Origin: Utricularia gibba
Lineage: Eukaryota > Plantae > Magnoliophyta
NCBI GenBank assembly: GCA_002189035.1
Contig: CM007990.1
Location: 3,720,001-3,784,000, forward strand
Direction of reading: 5' to 3'
Length of the DNA: 64,000 bases
Made by a program: the position numbers and the translations under genes. Positions 50,990 to 63,885 of the stretch are shown here, one piece after another. The notes beneath the pieces are model-generated. The model made no database searches and was not told where the DNA came from. It saw only the letters and a program-made list of their open reading frames with translations. The first letter of the stretch is position 1. Each line of letters begins with the position of its first letter.

Positions 50990-52490
50990 CCATGAGAGGA
51001 TTTGATATAAAGCTTAAAATTGATTATGAAACCAGAATCATGAATTTTCATATCACAATCATAAGACTTCTTGAGTTTATCCTGAAACACTATTGATTTT
51101 TTTAGATTTGTATTTTCATATACATTAGGGCTTTATGAATATTATTTAATTTGAAAATTCCAATATTCCACAACGACATGGAATTTCGTTTATCAACCTT
51201 GCATGGCAAGCACACAAATGATTTAACGCATGAATGCACCATGGGTGACCAAGACAGAAATGTTCGAATTCTCTATTGTGAGTGTTTGGATAGCTAGAGC
51301 TTAAGCACCATCTAGTAGCACCTTGACAGTAAGTCAAGGGTGAATGTCAGATTAGGACCATCACTATAGAGACTAGACAACTCAAAGTGCAAGACTGTGG
51401 ACACATATCTGAGAACCCTTAAGCAATAGAAGAGGAGGACGAGGAAAGTTTTGTGGACAAAATGACGTCTAAAGCAATGATGCCCACTTTAGATTTGGAG
51501 TTAAAATCATGCTAAAGAGAGAATTTCACTTTTTCATTTTCTACATTTTGATATGATATGATCTTTTATTCCTCTCTTCATTGCTGCATATTCAATATAT
51601 AAAAATTTTCATTCTATTATAATTTTTAATTCTTTTAAAGTTACTTATGAAATGATTTCTGAAACTTGTACAAACAAAAGAACTATCCAAACTTTGTATA
51701 AGATTCCTCACATATAAAATAAAATTGTTCATATTTAAGATCTCTAACATCAAAAGAGGGATAGCTTTACTTGGAAATAACTTCCCATGAATAGCAATTA
51801 GTAGCCTCCGATGACCCTTTTTAGAAATGAAAATCCACACGCATGAGGGGAAAACCCCAAAAAGAGAGATATCATCATCTTCAACTTCCAAGCTTGTCTT
51901 TCTTGCATAGGTATTTCTGAGAAGAACCTTAAGAATGGGGGTATTTCTCCAAACTTTCCATGGATTGACTCCTAGTGATTTTCACAACATCTTGTGATGA
52001 CTAAACATGGATGAAACACCCTAGATTTCATGTTCTTAGTTGATGTATTTTTTCCAATGTAAGTGGAAGCATTTTTTATAGAATATAGAAAATAAGATTC
52101 AAAAGGAAAACACACATGTAGAATGTAAAAAACTGGATTCAAGGACAAAACCCTCATTTGTCATTACCCTCCTTGTTCCTACTTGTTCATGAGTCATTTA
52201 GTAAAATTGGCATTCCTCTTTTACTTTCACACACTAAGAATAAATTTTCACACATAGTATAGCCACTTTTCTTATACATTAAAAATATAGTGGCCATTTT
52301 TCTAATACATCCTCTTTTTCATACGATTAAAATATAAATTGTCTAATCAAAAGATTTACTTTTTGACTTTTAGTAGTTTCCATATCTACAACATGCCAGA
52401 ATCAAAGCGATATTTAATGTTTGGTCCATGAACCTTCATTCTCTTGGGCTCTATATCCACCTTTAAGCCTATTGATCAATGGATTCAGCA
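50990..52490 (-). mobile_element. Decayed Copia remnant with LTR (~52070-52490) related to the LTR at 62133
   Basis: LRVLRYV-like RT/RNaseH fragment near 51400. Shared LTR text CC.(C/T)ATTTGTCATTACCCTCCTT and AATCAAAAGATTTACTTTTTGAC...GCCTATTGATCAATGGATTCA also occurs at 62210-62390. Confidence 0.65.
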
Positions 52491-52599
52491 ACACCCTCTT
52501 CTTAGGCTCAGAATAGTTTTGATCCAGTCTGATGTCATTTAACTTCACCACTCCAATGCCTTTTGAAACTTTCCAGCTTTCTTCTTTGTGAAGCAAGTG

Positions 52600-55500
52600 G
52601 GAGTCGTTTTGAACTTGAGGAGATGTTTTGAAATCAAGATGGATAAGGCCTTTTGTTGTGAAAGAGATTTTTCCAGATGGTGCCGTGGAGATATTTGATG
52701 GAGATTCAAACAAAGCATTTTTGGTAAATGGACATCGCTTGAAAATCTTTTACGAAAATGCTAATAGGTTCACAAGAAATTTGGAGGTGACCAAGCTGAT
52801 GGATGCTCCAGAAACGTAGCCACACGAGAAGTCGGGTCCAAGACTATAAACAAGGGCGCTTGTGGGAGGCAACCCATGGCTAAGTCTTTAATTTCAGCAA
52901 TTTAATTTCTAATTTAGTGATTTAGTGTAGTTTATTTTAGGATTTTTATCCTTATTTTGTGCTGCTGGGAAATTAATTTTAGTGTTATGAGGATTTATTG
53001 AAGAGGGTTTACAAAAATCAGACCGTTGAGATGAGTTGGAAGTTGTAATGACAAAAATACTCCTACTGCTTGAAAGTACCTTGAGGGATGGTTACTGTTT
53101 TTCACTTTACCAATTCTAATGCGATTTTTCTGCGAAAAATTACAGCAACAGAAACACGATGCTGGTGACCAGAAGCACAAAGAATGCCACAAAAGAGAAG
53201 ACTGGCCGGAAAAAGACGAGAAAGGAGCAAGCAAAGGAAGGAATAGGGGATGCTGAAGCACACAACACTGTTGCTCCGGCCCAGGAAGAAGTGGTTCAGC
53301 CTGCTGCTGTCACCACAGAGAATCCTCAAGAAGCGGACGTGATCCCCCAAACAACAGAGGTTGGGGAGTCCACTAAACAGAAAAAAAGAAGGACCCATCT
53401 TCCAAATCAGAGCACATCAACCTTCAACAACGACTGAAGGACATGCAGGCAACTTACAAGAAGAGAAAAACTCCAACAGAGGAACCACCAATAGAGCCGC
53501 AGGTCTCACCCAAGAAGAAGGGAAGAAACACAGAACCAAAAAGCAGAAGGCTCTGCTGGAGGAACCTGTGCTGGAGAAGGAACCTGCTGCCCCTGTAGAG
53601 CAAGTGCTGCCGCTGTAGAGGAAAATGCTGGAATGTCCAGAAATGAAGAAGAGGCAGCAGAAGAGGAGCCCGAGGCTGAAAATGAAATCCTGGAAAAGAA
53701 TCAAGAGGAGGCTGGAGGTGAGAGAAAAATTGGACACGCACAAGGAACGGACGAACAGGGTAAGCAACCGCTAGTCCGAGGCCAGAAGGAGCAGGGAAGT
53801 CTACCTGCAGAAACTGCTGCATGTACAACTGAAGAGGAGCAGGAGGGGATGGAGAAGGTAAAGAAATTCCTCTCAAAATTAGTCCCTATGTTCATGAATG
53901 CAGGGAAATTTGCTGTGGAAATGGAGCGGTTCCAAAGACAAATAATCGGGAAAGGAATTCCTTATTTCAAGCACCACGCTGATATGTTAAATGAAAAATA
54001 CCTGAAGTTTGAGACAATAGAATACATGAACAGGTATGGAGAGGTAAAAGGTGCCAAGGTAATGCCCTACCGTCATATTGATTTCGACATTCTTGTTGAA
54101 CTGAACATAGTGGATAAAGTTTACGCCATGTTTGAGGATTCTGCCTTCATGACTTTATTTGAGTTAAAGCTCCCTGCTCATGTGGAACTTTCATATGAAT
54201 TTGCCTCCACTTTTATTTACAAAATTCATGAGACTGTTTTGGAACCTTCTGCTGTTTGCTTTCGTTTGATGGGCATTGAATTTTCGTTTTCATTGGCTGA
54301 GTAGAATGTTGCCCTTGGTTTCTGTTCGAAACAGCAAGTAGATTCGCATGATTTTGCTGCTTCTTTATTTGATTATCCAACGGACTTTGATCTTGAGGAA
54401 TTTTATGGGATTTTAACTGATCAGCATGTCATTGAATTTAAGGCAAAGTGAACGAAATCTGAGCTGCTTGTTGATCCATTCATGCGTTATGTTCATATGT
54501 TAGTCACTACAACTCTTTTCGGAAAAAATATTGGATTTAATGCTCTTTATAAAAGTGAATATTTGTGTTGTGGTGCATTATGAATAATGCGGTCTCTGAA
54601 CTTAGGTGCAATGCTTGTTGAGCAAATGCATAGAGATTATAGGCGTACTAGAATTCAGCAACTAAGTTTAGATCATATTGTTACGCATCTTGTTAATACT
54701 TTGTGTCCAGAAAAGCTGTCTGAACTTGAATTCTTCCATGTTGAGACTAAGACAGTACGATTGGATGCTTATTCTCTAAAAGTTGATGGACTAATCAAAG
54801 CCCAAGGAAGTGGGTTTGTTTTTAGATCTTTGGCAGGGCTGGAAGGGAGCGTCATCCCAAGGAAGAAAGGGAGATACTGCTACGCCATCAACCTCAACCC
54901 CAGCTCAAGGAGAAAAACGCTGCTGCTGCCCAGAAATCTTGGAGGTGATGAGCGACAAAATTTCAGATTTGATTCGGGTGATTTTAGAGTTGTGTCCACC
55001 ATAGATTTCGTTTAGTAGTAGCAAATAGTTTCTGATGGCTGAGTGATTGAACATTACAGCTGCTAGATGAATTTTGTTGCATGAGTTTTGTAGACTTTTC
55101 TGATACCCTTGAGCATGTTTTCATCTTTTTATTTTATGAGAGCATGTGTATGATTAGAGGAATTTCAAGAATGTAATCTAGATCAATTTTTATATGAATT
55201 GTTGAACTTCCTAGTCATTGTGGAATAGGTTGCCAACCACGAAAAAAAAAAGGGGTGAATAAAGGGTCGAAAAAAAAAAGAAAGAGAAGAAAAAAATTGT
55301 GACATGAGTCCTAAAAAGCAGCACATATTAAAAGAGCATGTGTGCACTCAATAAGTAGTGAAAGGGTGAGCAAGGAAAGAATAATCTAGAGAAGAACGAA
55401 GGAGCCTAGTGTGATAAGGTGTGAGTGCTTGGTCGACACTTTGATGAAGAAAAGACAAACACATTATGCCCGGATTAGTCAGGAACAAGCTGCTCATTCA

Positions 55501-56500
55501 CTAATCAAAAAAAAAAAGAGAAAAAAAATTGGTTGGAAACCGTGGTCTTAAGTGACTTTGGAGGGATCAATTTAATAAGATATGATCTTTACTCCTCGAG
55601 AGGAATCAACTCATGCACATTTGAGTGATGAAATGACATGCACACTTGTACTTCTATAGCTCATGCACCGAAATTTGTTTTTCATTTGTTTATGTTTATC
55701 ACTGATGCTGAAGGAACTAGTTTTCTGTTAGTTTTAGATAGGACTTGGGGACAAGTCTTGTGTCGTTGTAGCATAGTTTGATAGCACACAAATTTTCATG
55801 TTTTAGGATATGCAAAATTATAAATTTTTAATTATGTCTAAGTGTTTATTTTATAGTTTTAAGTGTTTTTATATAATTTATGAAAATGTGATTTTTCGTG
55901 TAATTAGTGGGCTTAATCCTTTGATTTAGCCCACCCCATGTCTTACCCGATTTTGGAGTCTAGCAGCAGCCCAAGAATCAAGGAAAAATCTGGATTTCGT
56001 GCAAGTCTCCAGGGTGCAGGGGGGCAATGAGTACACTATCACGGTGATAGTCTACAAGTCAAGGTCTGGAGCAACAGATCTGTCAGAAAATGTACTTGCC
56101 TTGGGCAGTGGGAGGCGAGAGAAAAGATGAGGAGAGAGAGTCGCAAAAGAGGAGTTCACCCTAGAATTTTCAGAGAACACATGAGGGGGGTTTCTTCCAA
56201 ACCTAACTCAAATACGAAGAACCTGAAAGGAAAAGGAGGAAGAAAAGAGATTTTTCTGGAAAAGAACCTTCAGCTTGAAGGAAGAAGATCAAAACCTAGT
56301 TCAGCGCTACTGTTATGGTCTAGGAACAATAGCAGACAGAAACCAGACTTCTTACTCCTTTCTTTTAGTTTGTTGATGTCTTTAGTTTATGTACTAAACT
56401 TCTGCACGATGTTCTCAACGTTTTCGTTATTTTATGTTAATACCATTACATTTTACCTTCAAAGCATGAGTAGCTAAACCCTAGGAGTGCCTTAATAAAA
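52600..56500 (+). mobile_element. Athila-like Gypsy 3' half: integrase C-terminus, decayed extra (env-like) ORF ~53115-55015, and 3' LTR 55779-~56500 (truncated)
   Basis: KSRWIRPFVVKEIFPDGAVEI...FLVNGHRLKIFY is the Athila integrase tail. The extra ORF has an acidic/low-complexity N-terminus and ...ELSYEFASTF...VCFRLMGIEFSFSLAE...LNLGAMLVEQM...ITHL-like motifs. LTR starts TGATAGCACAC at 55779. Confidence 0.88.
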
Positions 56501-57729
56501 TTGAGAATTTCTTTTCATATGTAATGATTATTATTAACTTTGTTTTCCATAATCATTTGCAAAGTGTTCGATTAATCCAAATTGAAGAATTGATCAGTGA
56601 TGGTGAGCTTGAAACAGGAAAAAGGAAAAGTCAGATTGAAACAATTCAGCATCCAGGGGAAACACGATGGGGTTTTCATTTTAAGTCTTTGGCCAATCTT
56701 CTTGAAATATTTGATCCAGTTCTTCATGTATTGGAAGAGATTATAGATGATAAAGGATCTATTTTTTCAAGATCATCAGCTAAAGGAGCTTGTGAGGTGA
56801 TGTTGTCGTTCGAATTTGTTTTCTACATTTTATGATAGAGTTATCAGGAAGAAACATATGATCTTTGTAGAATGTTGCACTATAAGTCTCAGGATATTTT
56901 GAATCCTGCTGACTATGTTGAGAATTCTAGAGCAATTATTCAAGGTTTTCTAGAGAATAGTTAGAAAAGGTGAAAAAATTTTGTATGACTCATGATATTG
57001 GCATTCTTGATATGAATAGTATTCATCAATCAATTAAAGGTCGTCCTCGAAAGTCTTGTATTGTTACCTAAGAATATTACTATTAGTTTGAGATTTTCAC
57101 AGGTGCAATAGATTGTGCATTGGATGAGATGAAAAACAAATTCAATGAAAAGGCAATGGAATTGCTCAAACATGGTTTGGCCTTGAATCCTTCAAGTGGT
57201 TATCAAACATATGATATTCTTCAAATTTTTCAGTTAACTGAAAAGTTCAATCCAATTGATCTTACACTACAGGAAAGGACACTTTTTAGATATCAGTTGG
57301 AGTTTTTTGAATGTGATCTTAAGAAAAAGTTCAAAGATGTTTCAAATCTATCTGAGTTATATCAAATTTTAGCTAAAATTGGAAAGTCTGCAACTTACTA
57401 TCTTGTTGATTGGTTGATTCGCCTAATTTTGACCCTTCCAATTTCTAGAGCAGCATCGGAACATGCATTTTCAGCAATGAAGATTGTGAAGACTCGGTTG
57501 CATAATCAAATGGAAGATGATTTTTTATCTACTTCTTTGATTATGTATATTGATAAAGAAATTGCTCTTACTTTTGATACTGAATGTATGGTAAATGAGT
57601 TTGAAAGCGTAAAAAAACACAGGGTAGAACTATTTTAGAGTTGATTATATTACATTGTAATACTTTTGATTTTATCATTATATATGATTTATCGCCCCTT
57701 TGCTCCATAAAATCCTGCATCTGCCACTA
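56500..57729 (+). mobile_element. hAT (ZMYM1/TTF-type) transposase 3' remnant with 3' TIR
   Basis: GELETGKRKSQIETIQHPGETRWGFHF...LSFEFVF, and hAT dimerisation domain LIRLILTLPISRAASEHAFSAMKIVKTRLHNQMEDDFL. Terminal AATCCTGCATCTGCCACTA (57711-57729) resembles the common hAT TIR AATCCTGGATCCGCCACTG. Confidence 0.9.
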
Positions 57730-57739
57730 CAAATGTTAG

Positions 57740-60700
57740 TTGCTTTCACCACAGGTGAAAACTAGCTTTGTAATATTTTCCTTCTTTCTAAGAATATCCC
57801 TATGCAACTAATCTTGACTTTTTCATGGACACGGTACCATCAGAGCTAAATTTAATTTATAGACCTACTTTCTACCAATCAAGTTGCAGTTATCTGGTGG
57901 ATTGATTAGAATCCATGTCTCATTGGTTCCAATGCCTCTATTTCAAGATCCATTGCTTTGCATCAGCTTAAATATTTGCTAGCCTTTGCAAAATTAGTCG
58001 GTTCAAGTTATGCTATTCTACATTCATCCATAGAACATATATAATCTTCCATTCAAGAGGAGTAATTAGTTGATTGTGTTTTATGTCTCTCACTTCTTCT
58101 TATTGCGAGATTTGATAGGGTAATATCAAGAGTAAAATAGGATCTATCTTGAAACTCAGAATCTAACCCGTTGACTTTTAAGTGTGAGGGCAGGTCCTCT
58201 AGCCCCATCAAAGATATGTTTCTCATTCCTTGATTCTTGAATATCATCTTGAAACACTTCAATATCTAATAATGGTAATACACCATGTGTGTCACTTGTA
58301 GGACTCTAGGTTTTGTAAGGAAATATCCCTTCATGAAAAAGAACGTCTCTTGAGATAATTATTTCCTTGGAAATTGGCTCAAATACTTTGAATCCTTTTT
58401 TTCCCATAACATACCCAATAAAGATTCCTTTCTTCCCCTCTTGTAGAAAATTTATCCATTTGCTTCAATGGATTTGAATAAAAACACAGGCTAACAAAAA
58501 GTGTGTACTTACAACATATTAGGTTTTTTTTTAATAGAACCTCAATTGTTGTTTTACCTTGTAGGTTTGTTGTTAAGTGTTATTTTATTACTATTTCTTA
58601 GGTTTTTTTTATGCTTAATTATAATTAGAAATGTCTAATTAGGAGTTTATAATATGAGATTTAGGTTTTTGTATAATTTAGGATAATTATCCTAAATCTT
58701 GTATTTTATTTAATAATTTTGCTAATTTTAATTGAGTTTTTTTAGAGGTGCACACGTGGTAGGAAGTGAGAGAAAGAGGGTAGTAGATAACAAAAAATTG
58801 GATCTTCCCAAGCTGACATTCTCTTGATTTCTGGAAGATTGAGAATGCCTAATCATGAGTCTTGACGTGCGGAACACGGGAGTCTCTAATAGGCGAAATC
58901 AATAGCGTACCAGTATCAGAGCAGACGTTTGCTTACAAGTCACTCCAGTCCAACAGAACTAGAGGAACACGAAATCTCAAAAAAAATAGTTCAGCTCAAT
59001 TCAATTCAGACAAGCTTAGTTTTACTTTCAATTTAATCTAGACTTTCGTTTCTCTCTCTAGAGGATTTTCCTCTAGCTTCTCTCTAGAACCTTGTTTCCA
59101 TTTTCTTTAGTTTGTATGGTCGTTCGCGGTTAGAAACTTCCGTTTCTCGGTTGGACACTCCTAGATCTATGTTTCGTTAGCTTATCTTCATATCTTCTCT
59201 GAATCCGAACGGGTTCCCTATGTCTTCACGCCACTATGTTGCAATCCTTCTGTAACAGTCTTTTTATTCAAGATTCATGGTTAGTTGATCGCTACTCGCG
59301 AGTTTCAGAGAGGAGCAAGGTGGAAAGCACCAACTCATGCCCTCTTGGCAGGAAGAAGACAACGTTTTGTTTGTGGCCATACCTCAAGATCAATAGACAG
59401 GTAGTGACCTTGTATCTGGACTCATTGGTCATTGGCAATACTCGGGCACACGCACGCAATTCGGCCTTGAGAGTATGTTGGCAGGACCTCTTATTCTCAT
59501 GTTCGTTCAAGGAGGAGCAACATTAGGCTATTCCTGTGCCTTCTTGCAACAGAGTGTAAGGGAGGGTAGGCAATTCCTTACTCCTATAACCGAGTACTTG
59601 AGAAGACCAAAGAAGAGTAAAGACGCAACGAACATAGTTGGACATGATTCCAAACCCAGGAACATTCACTTTATTTAAGGTTTATCGCTTACATTTATTT
59701 TAGTTGTCTATTTAAAACCTCTCTTATTCCCTTACTCAAGCTTCATCATTTACGTTTCTTGCACCTTTACTTCCAAGACCATTTACAAATCGTGACAGTT
59801 GTATTCATGTAACCTCATCATTCATTGAAAAATAACTCCCTACATTCGACACCCGTACTACGCCTTTGTGTTTTACGAGTTTTAAAAATATTAAAATTTA
59901 TTGTGGAAACGACACGCATCATTCGTAGAAGGCAACTTGTTGATAATATATGTTGCCATAAGAGGCGACTCTCCCCATAATTCAATTGAAGCATTGAATT
60001 GATGCATTAGATCCCTGACCACCTTCAACAAATGTTTTTATGTCAATTCAACTCGTCCATTTTTCTAAGATGTGTAGACACAAGTGGTGTAATGGAATAT
60101 CTTTTTCTTAGTAAAGAAAGACTTCAATTGTTCATTCACAAATTCCCCCCTATTGTTAGTTTGTATTATCTTAACCTACTTTTCAAATTATCTTTCTATT
60201 TGATTAATTGGCTCCTTAATTGCATTGACTACCTTTCATTTATATTCCAATAGATATATTCAAGTTGTCCTACTCTTACTATCAACAATAATGAGAAATG
60301 AACGAGTATTAGACAAAGTGGCAACTTGTATGGTCCCCAAACATCTATGTGGAGCTTTTCGAAGAAATCTCCTGCAATGCCTTCATTGACACTAACAGTT
60401 AAGCAAATTTGTCTTTTCACTTGATGATATTCACAAGGTTTTAATTCTGATTCCTCTTTTGAAGATATTAAATCAAGCTTTCTCATAATATATGCAGGTG
60501 CATGCCCTAATCGCATATACCATAGAATAGATTTAGAGAAAATAGCACCAACATACAAAATACTTGAAGTAAAACATTGGATGTTGTCTTAAACAAAGGA
60601 AAGGAAACTATTCTCAGCAAAAGGTGAGTCAAGTTGGTAGAGTTCCCTAACTAAGCTTCCTTTACCTCTAACCATTTTATTCTTCCACTCCTAAAAAATA

Positions 60701-62390
60701 TAGGTCGTAGAGTTGAAAACTTAGAATAGATCATTCTTAAACAAGAGCTTAGGAATTGAAATTAAATTCTTTTTAAATTTAGGTATAAATAAAACCTCTC
60801 TCATCCGCAAACTTTCACCAAGCATAATATCTCCTACATATTTCACTGTACAAGTACTCCCATGTGGAAGATGAATCTTCATTGGAACTTAGAGTGCTCA
60901 TATGAAGGTAAAGTTATCTCTCTAGTAACTCACATGTGTAGTTGCTCATGTATCAATGATCCAAAAAAAAATTTATTTTCATGATGTGCTGCAACATTAC
61001 CAAATAGATGAAAATTGTTGATGATAGCAATAGGTTCTAGTTTTTCTACAACATCTAAGCTATGGTCTAAATTAGAGCATTGCTAAGATTTCTCCTTGAA
61101 CTCAAAAATCTTCTTCAGTTGATTATCCCAAACTTTACTCCTATTTTTTTCATGAATTTGTATAAACCTTGCAAATACTCTATAAATGAGGAAACAAGTG
61201 TCATCTCCATGTTCCCGAAGAATAAATAACTACAATTTCTTTCATCTTTATCTTTAGGACGAAAAATAATATTGTCCTTTGGTCTTTCATAATTTCCAAA
61301 TGAACTTTTCTTATCTTGTACTAATCCAAGTCCTGCTTGTCTTTGTCTGACAATAATACTATGCTGATGTTCTTTTTTGCATCTCAATGCTTAGAATCAT
61401 CAAAAGAATCTGATCAATGGTTGCAAGTGGATTAATATGCAAGATCTAACCTCTAATGACCTCATATTTAGGGTTCAATCCCATGAGAAAGTCTATAACA
61501 AAGCTGTTCTTCAATGCATTAAAAAATGATACTTGTTGACCATAGGTACATATTGTTGTAGGCATTTTTGGAATAAAATCTTCCGACAAAAGCTTCCTTT
61601 TTGTGTGATAGTCACTAGCAATCGAACTTCCTTGAACCAAGTTAGCTAACTTTTTTCTTATTTGAAATAACATAAGACCATTGTTTCCAATATATTTTTG
61701 CTCAGTTTTAACCATAGCTCTGTGGAGGTTTCACAATTGAATGATGCCGGAAAATCAAGAGAAATAGAGCTCATCAACCATGCCAAAATTATAACATCCT
61801 CTTAAAGTCAATCATCATAAAAGATGACTGACTCTTCTAGCATAGAAAGTCTCCCATCAAAAAATGCCAACTTTTTCTTTGCTCTAAGGGTGATGTGCAC
61901 TCTTCTACTCCAAAGTTTATAGTTTCTTGGAGTAAGGATAGTGCTGACTAAGAACTGGTTCGGATTTTTAGAAACATGCAGTTTCACAATATTGAAGATA
62001 AGTTCTATTGGCATTCCTTGTGGAGAGTAAGTAGAATGCAAGTGCTTGATGCTAAGTGCACCATCATCCTCTTCTGCAGCTCGGATCTTCAACAAGCGAC
62101 ATTATTACTTTAATAACCTTGCTCTGATACTATGTATAATGTAAAAAACAAGATTCAAAGGGAAACTCACTTGTAGAATCTAAAAACCTGATTTGAGACC
62201 AAAACCCTTATTTGTCATTACCCTCCTTATTCATACTATTTACAATATAAATTATCAAATCAAAAGATTTACTTTTTGACTTATAGTAACTTCCATATCT
62301 GCGACATGTCATAATCCAAAAGATATTCAATGACCGGTTCATGGAACCTCATTCATCTTTAGGCCTATTGATCAATGGATTCATCAACAT
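57740..62390 (-). mobile_element. Decayed Copia element (5' LTR ~62133-62390, PBS 62121-62132, gag, integrase, start of RT) interrupted by a nested LTR
   Basis: PBS TAGTATCAGAGC. gag LVSTILTPRNYKLWSRR...KKKLAFFDG. GAG-pre-integrase LWYMRLGH and LHIDVWGPYK. Integrase ATYIINKLPS (~59940) resumes at ~58490 with SLCFYSN...FIGY...IISRDV. Confidence 0.85.
58500..59921 (+). mobile_element. Gypsy (Athila/Ogre-like) solo LTR, 5' end clipped
   Basis: Ends ...CTCCCTACATTCGACACCCGTAC...GAAACGACACGCATCA, a typical LTR 3' end. Sits between two collinear halves of the Copia integrase. Confidence 0.65.
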
Positions 62391-63714
62391 TTTTTATTTT
62401 CTCATTTGTTCAAATTACTACATAGTGTCTCATTTTTTTTGTCATGTGAACTCAAAAACCAGAACATGAATAAGCCATAAAATGATCTAAAAAATGTGAT
62501 TTTTTTTATGAATGATATTTTCTAATCACAATAATAGACATGAGATGAGATTTTCTTACATAGAAGTGGAAAACATGAAGAAAACATGGAGTTGTTAGAA
62601 CCTACGATCGAATGCTTCAATTTCTCGACATTACAATTCAAAGTTACAATATCCCATCCAAAATTGTCAAATCTGTTCTGATGGAATGATCGAAAAAGCA
62701 TACTCATAGCAGATGAGGTGTTAGCAATTCCATTGGAATATTAATCAAATATGATCGTCTGAATGTTATGAATGAGACTCTTGAGAAATCTTAACATTCA
62801 TTGAAAGGTTTTAGGTCTCTGGGTATACGAGGATTTGTGATTCTTTGTGGACAAGAGATGATTTCATCTTTATAAATATCTCATTTCTTCTGATTCCAAA
62901 TATATATGGATAAGCTTGTTAAACCCTGAGAGATTACTTGATCATTCTTGAAATAATATCTTAAGGGTAATAGGCTTTACGCACGCCTCCACCCTATCTT
63001 TCTTCTTCATGTGTTGCTTGCAGGAACTCTGATCCAACATGATGTACAGGTATTTGGTAGCTCCAAATGTCAGATCGTCGAGCGGATGTTGGTTACCGGA
63101 CATTGTCTAATCCGAGTCTTGATACTAAGTATTTGTATAAGCTTATTTGTATATTGATATTTTAATATTTTTGAATATAATTTTTTAAAGAATTTTTTTA
63201 GAATTTATAACTTATTTTGATGAATTATTATTTGATAGGTCAGATCTGATTTTGAACGGCCAATACTGGATTTGACTGATCAAAATCGGGTTATAATCAG
63301 AACCGACCTCATACTGGTTTGGCTTTGAACTTGGGTTTGAAACAAAAGATGGTATTAATTGGATTCCCTTAACTTTTGATGTTCTTGTTCATATATTTTG
63401 AAAGACTACGCCAATATTTTCCAAAAATGTATTTGAATTTTTATGATCATAACATCTCTTTAATGAATGAGATTTTTTTATGGTCACTTTGTCATTTTTA
63501 AGAGACATTTTTGTATCATAGCTTTAACAAAAATGAGTGTGTGGTGGTAAAAACAAGATTATACACATTTAAATAATCAAATAAAAAATTCACTCATCTT
63601 TGTTCTTCCTGTTCGAGAATCTGAATTTTTTTTTCATTTTTGTAGAATGCAAAATACCCAGTAAAAAAATATTATCTAAATAATATTAAAGATTTTGTAG
63701 CCAACTCAAGTAGA

Positions 63715-63810
63715 TCAAGGGGCTACGTGGAAGAATCTGAATGGCTAAGAATCTATCCCCTTAGATTTGGTTGTTGATCAGAAATCCGAGTTGGCTCCTC
63801 TATAACTCTT
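63715..63810 (+). promoter_or_regulatory. Probable light-responsive proximal promoter of the LHCB6-like gene
   Basis: G-box-like ACGTGG (~63726), two AAGAATCT motifs (CCA1/evening-like cores) and a TATA-like CTATAA (~63800), upstream of the ATG at 63886. Confidence 0.5.
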
Positions 63811-63885
63811 CTCTTGATTTCCTGTCGAGGGCATTCGAAGAGAAGCCACAGAGATAAAACAGAGACACCCAAAGCTCTAACGGAA

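Noticed and set aside
62400-63110. Possible TE or gene remnant upstream of the LHCB6 promoter
   Set aside because: Frames are stop-riddled and I recognised no diagnostic motif.
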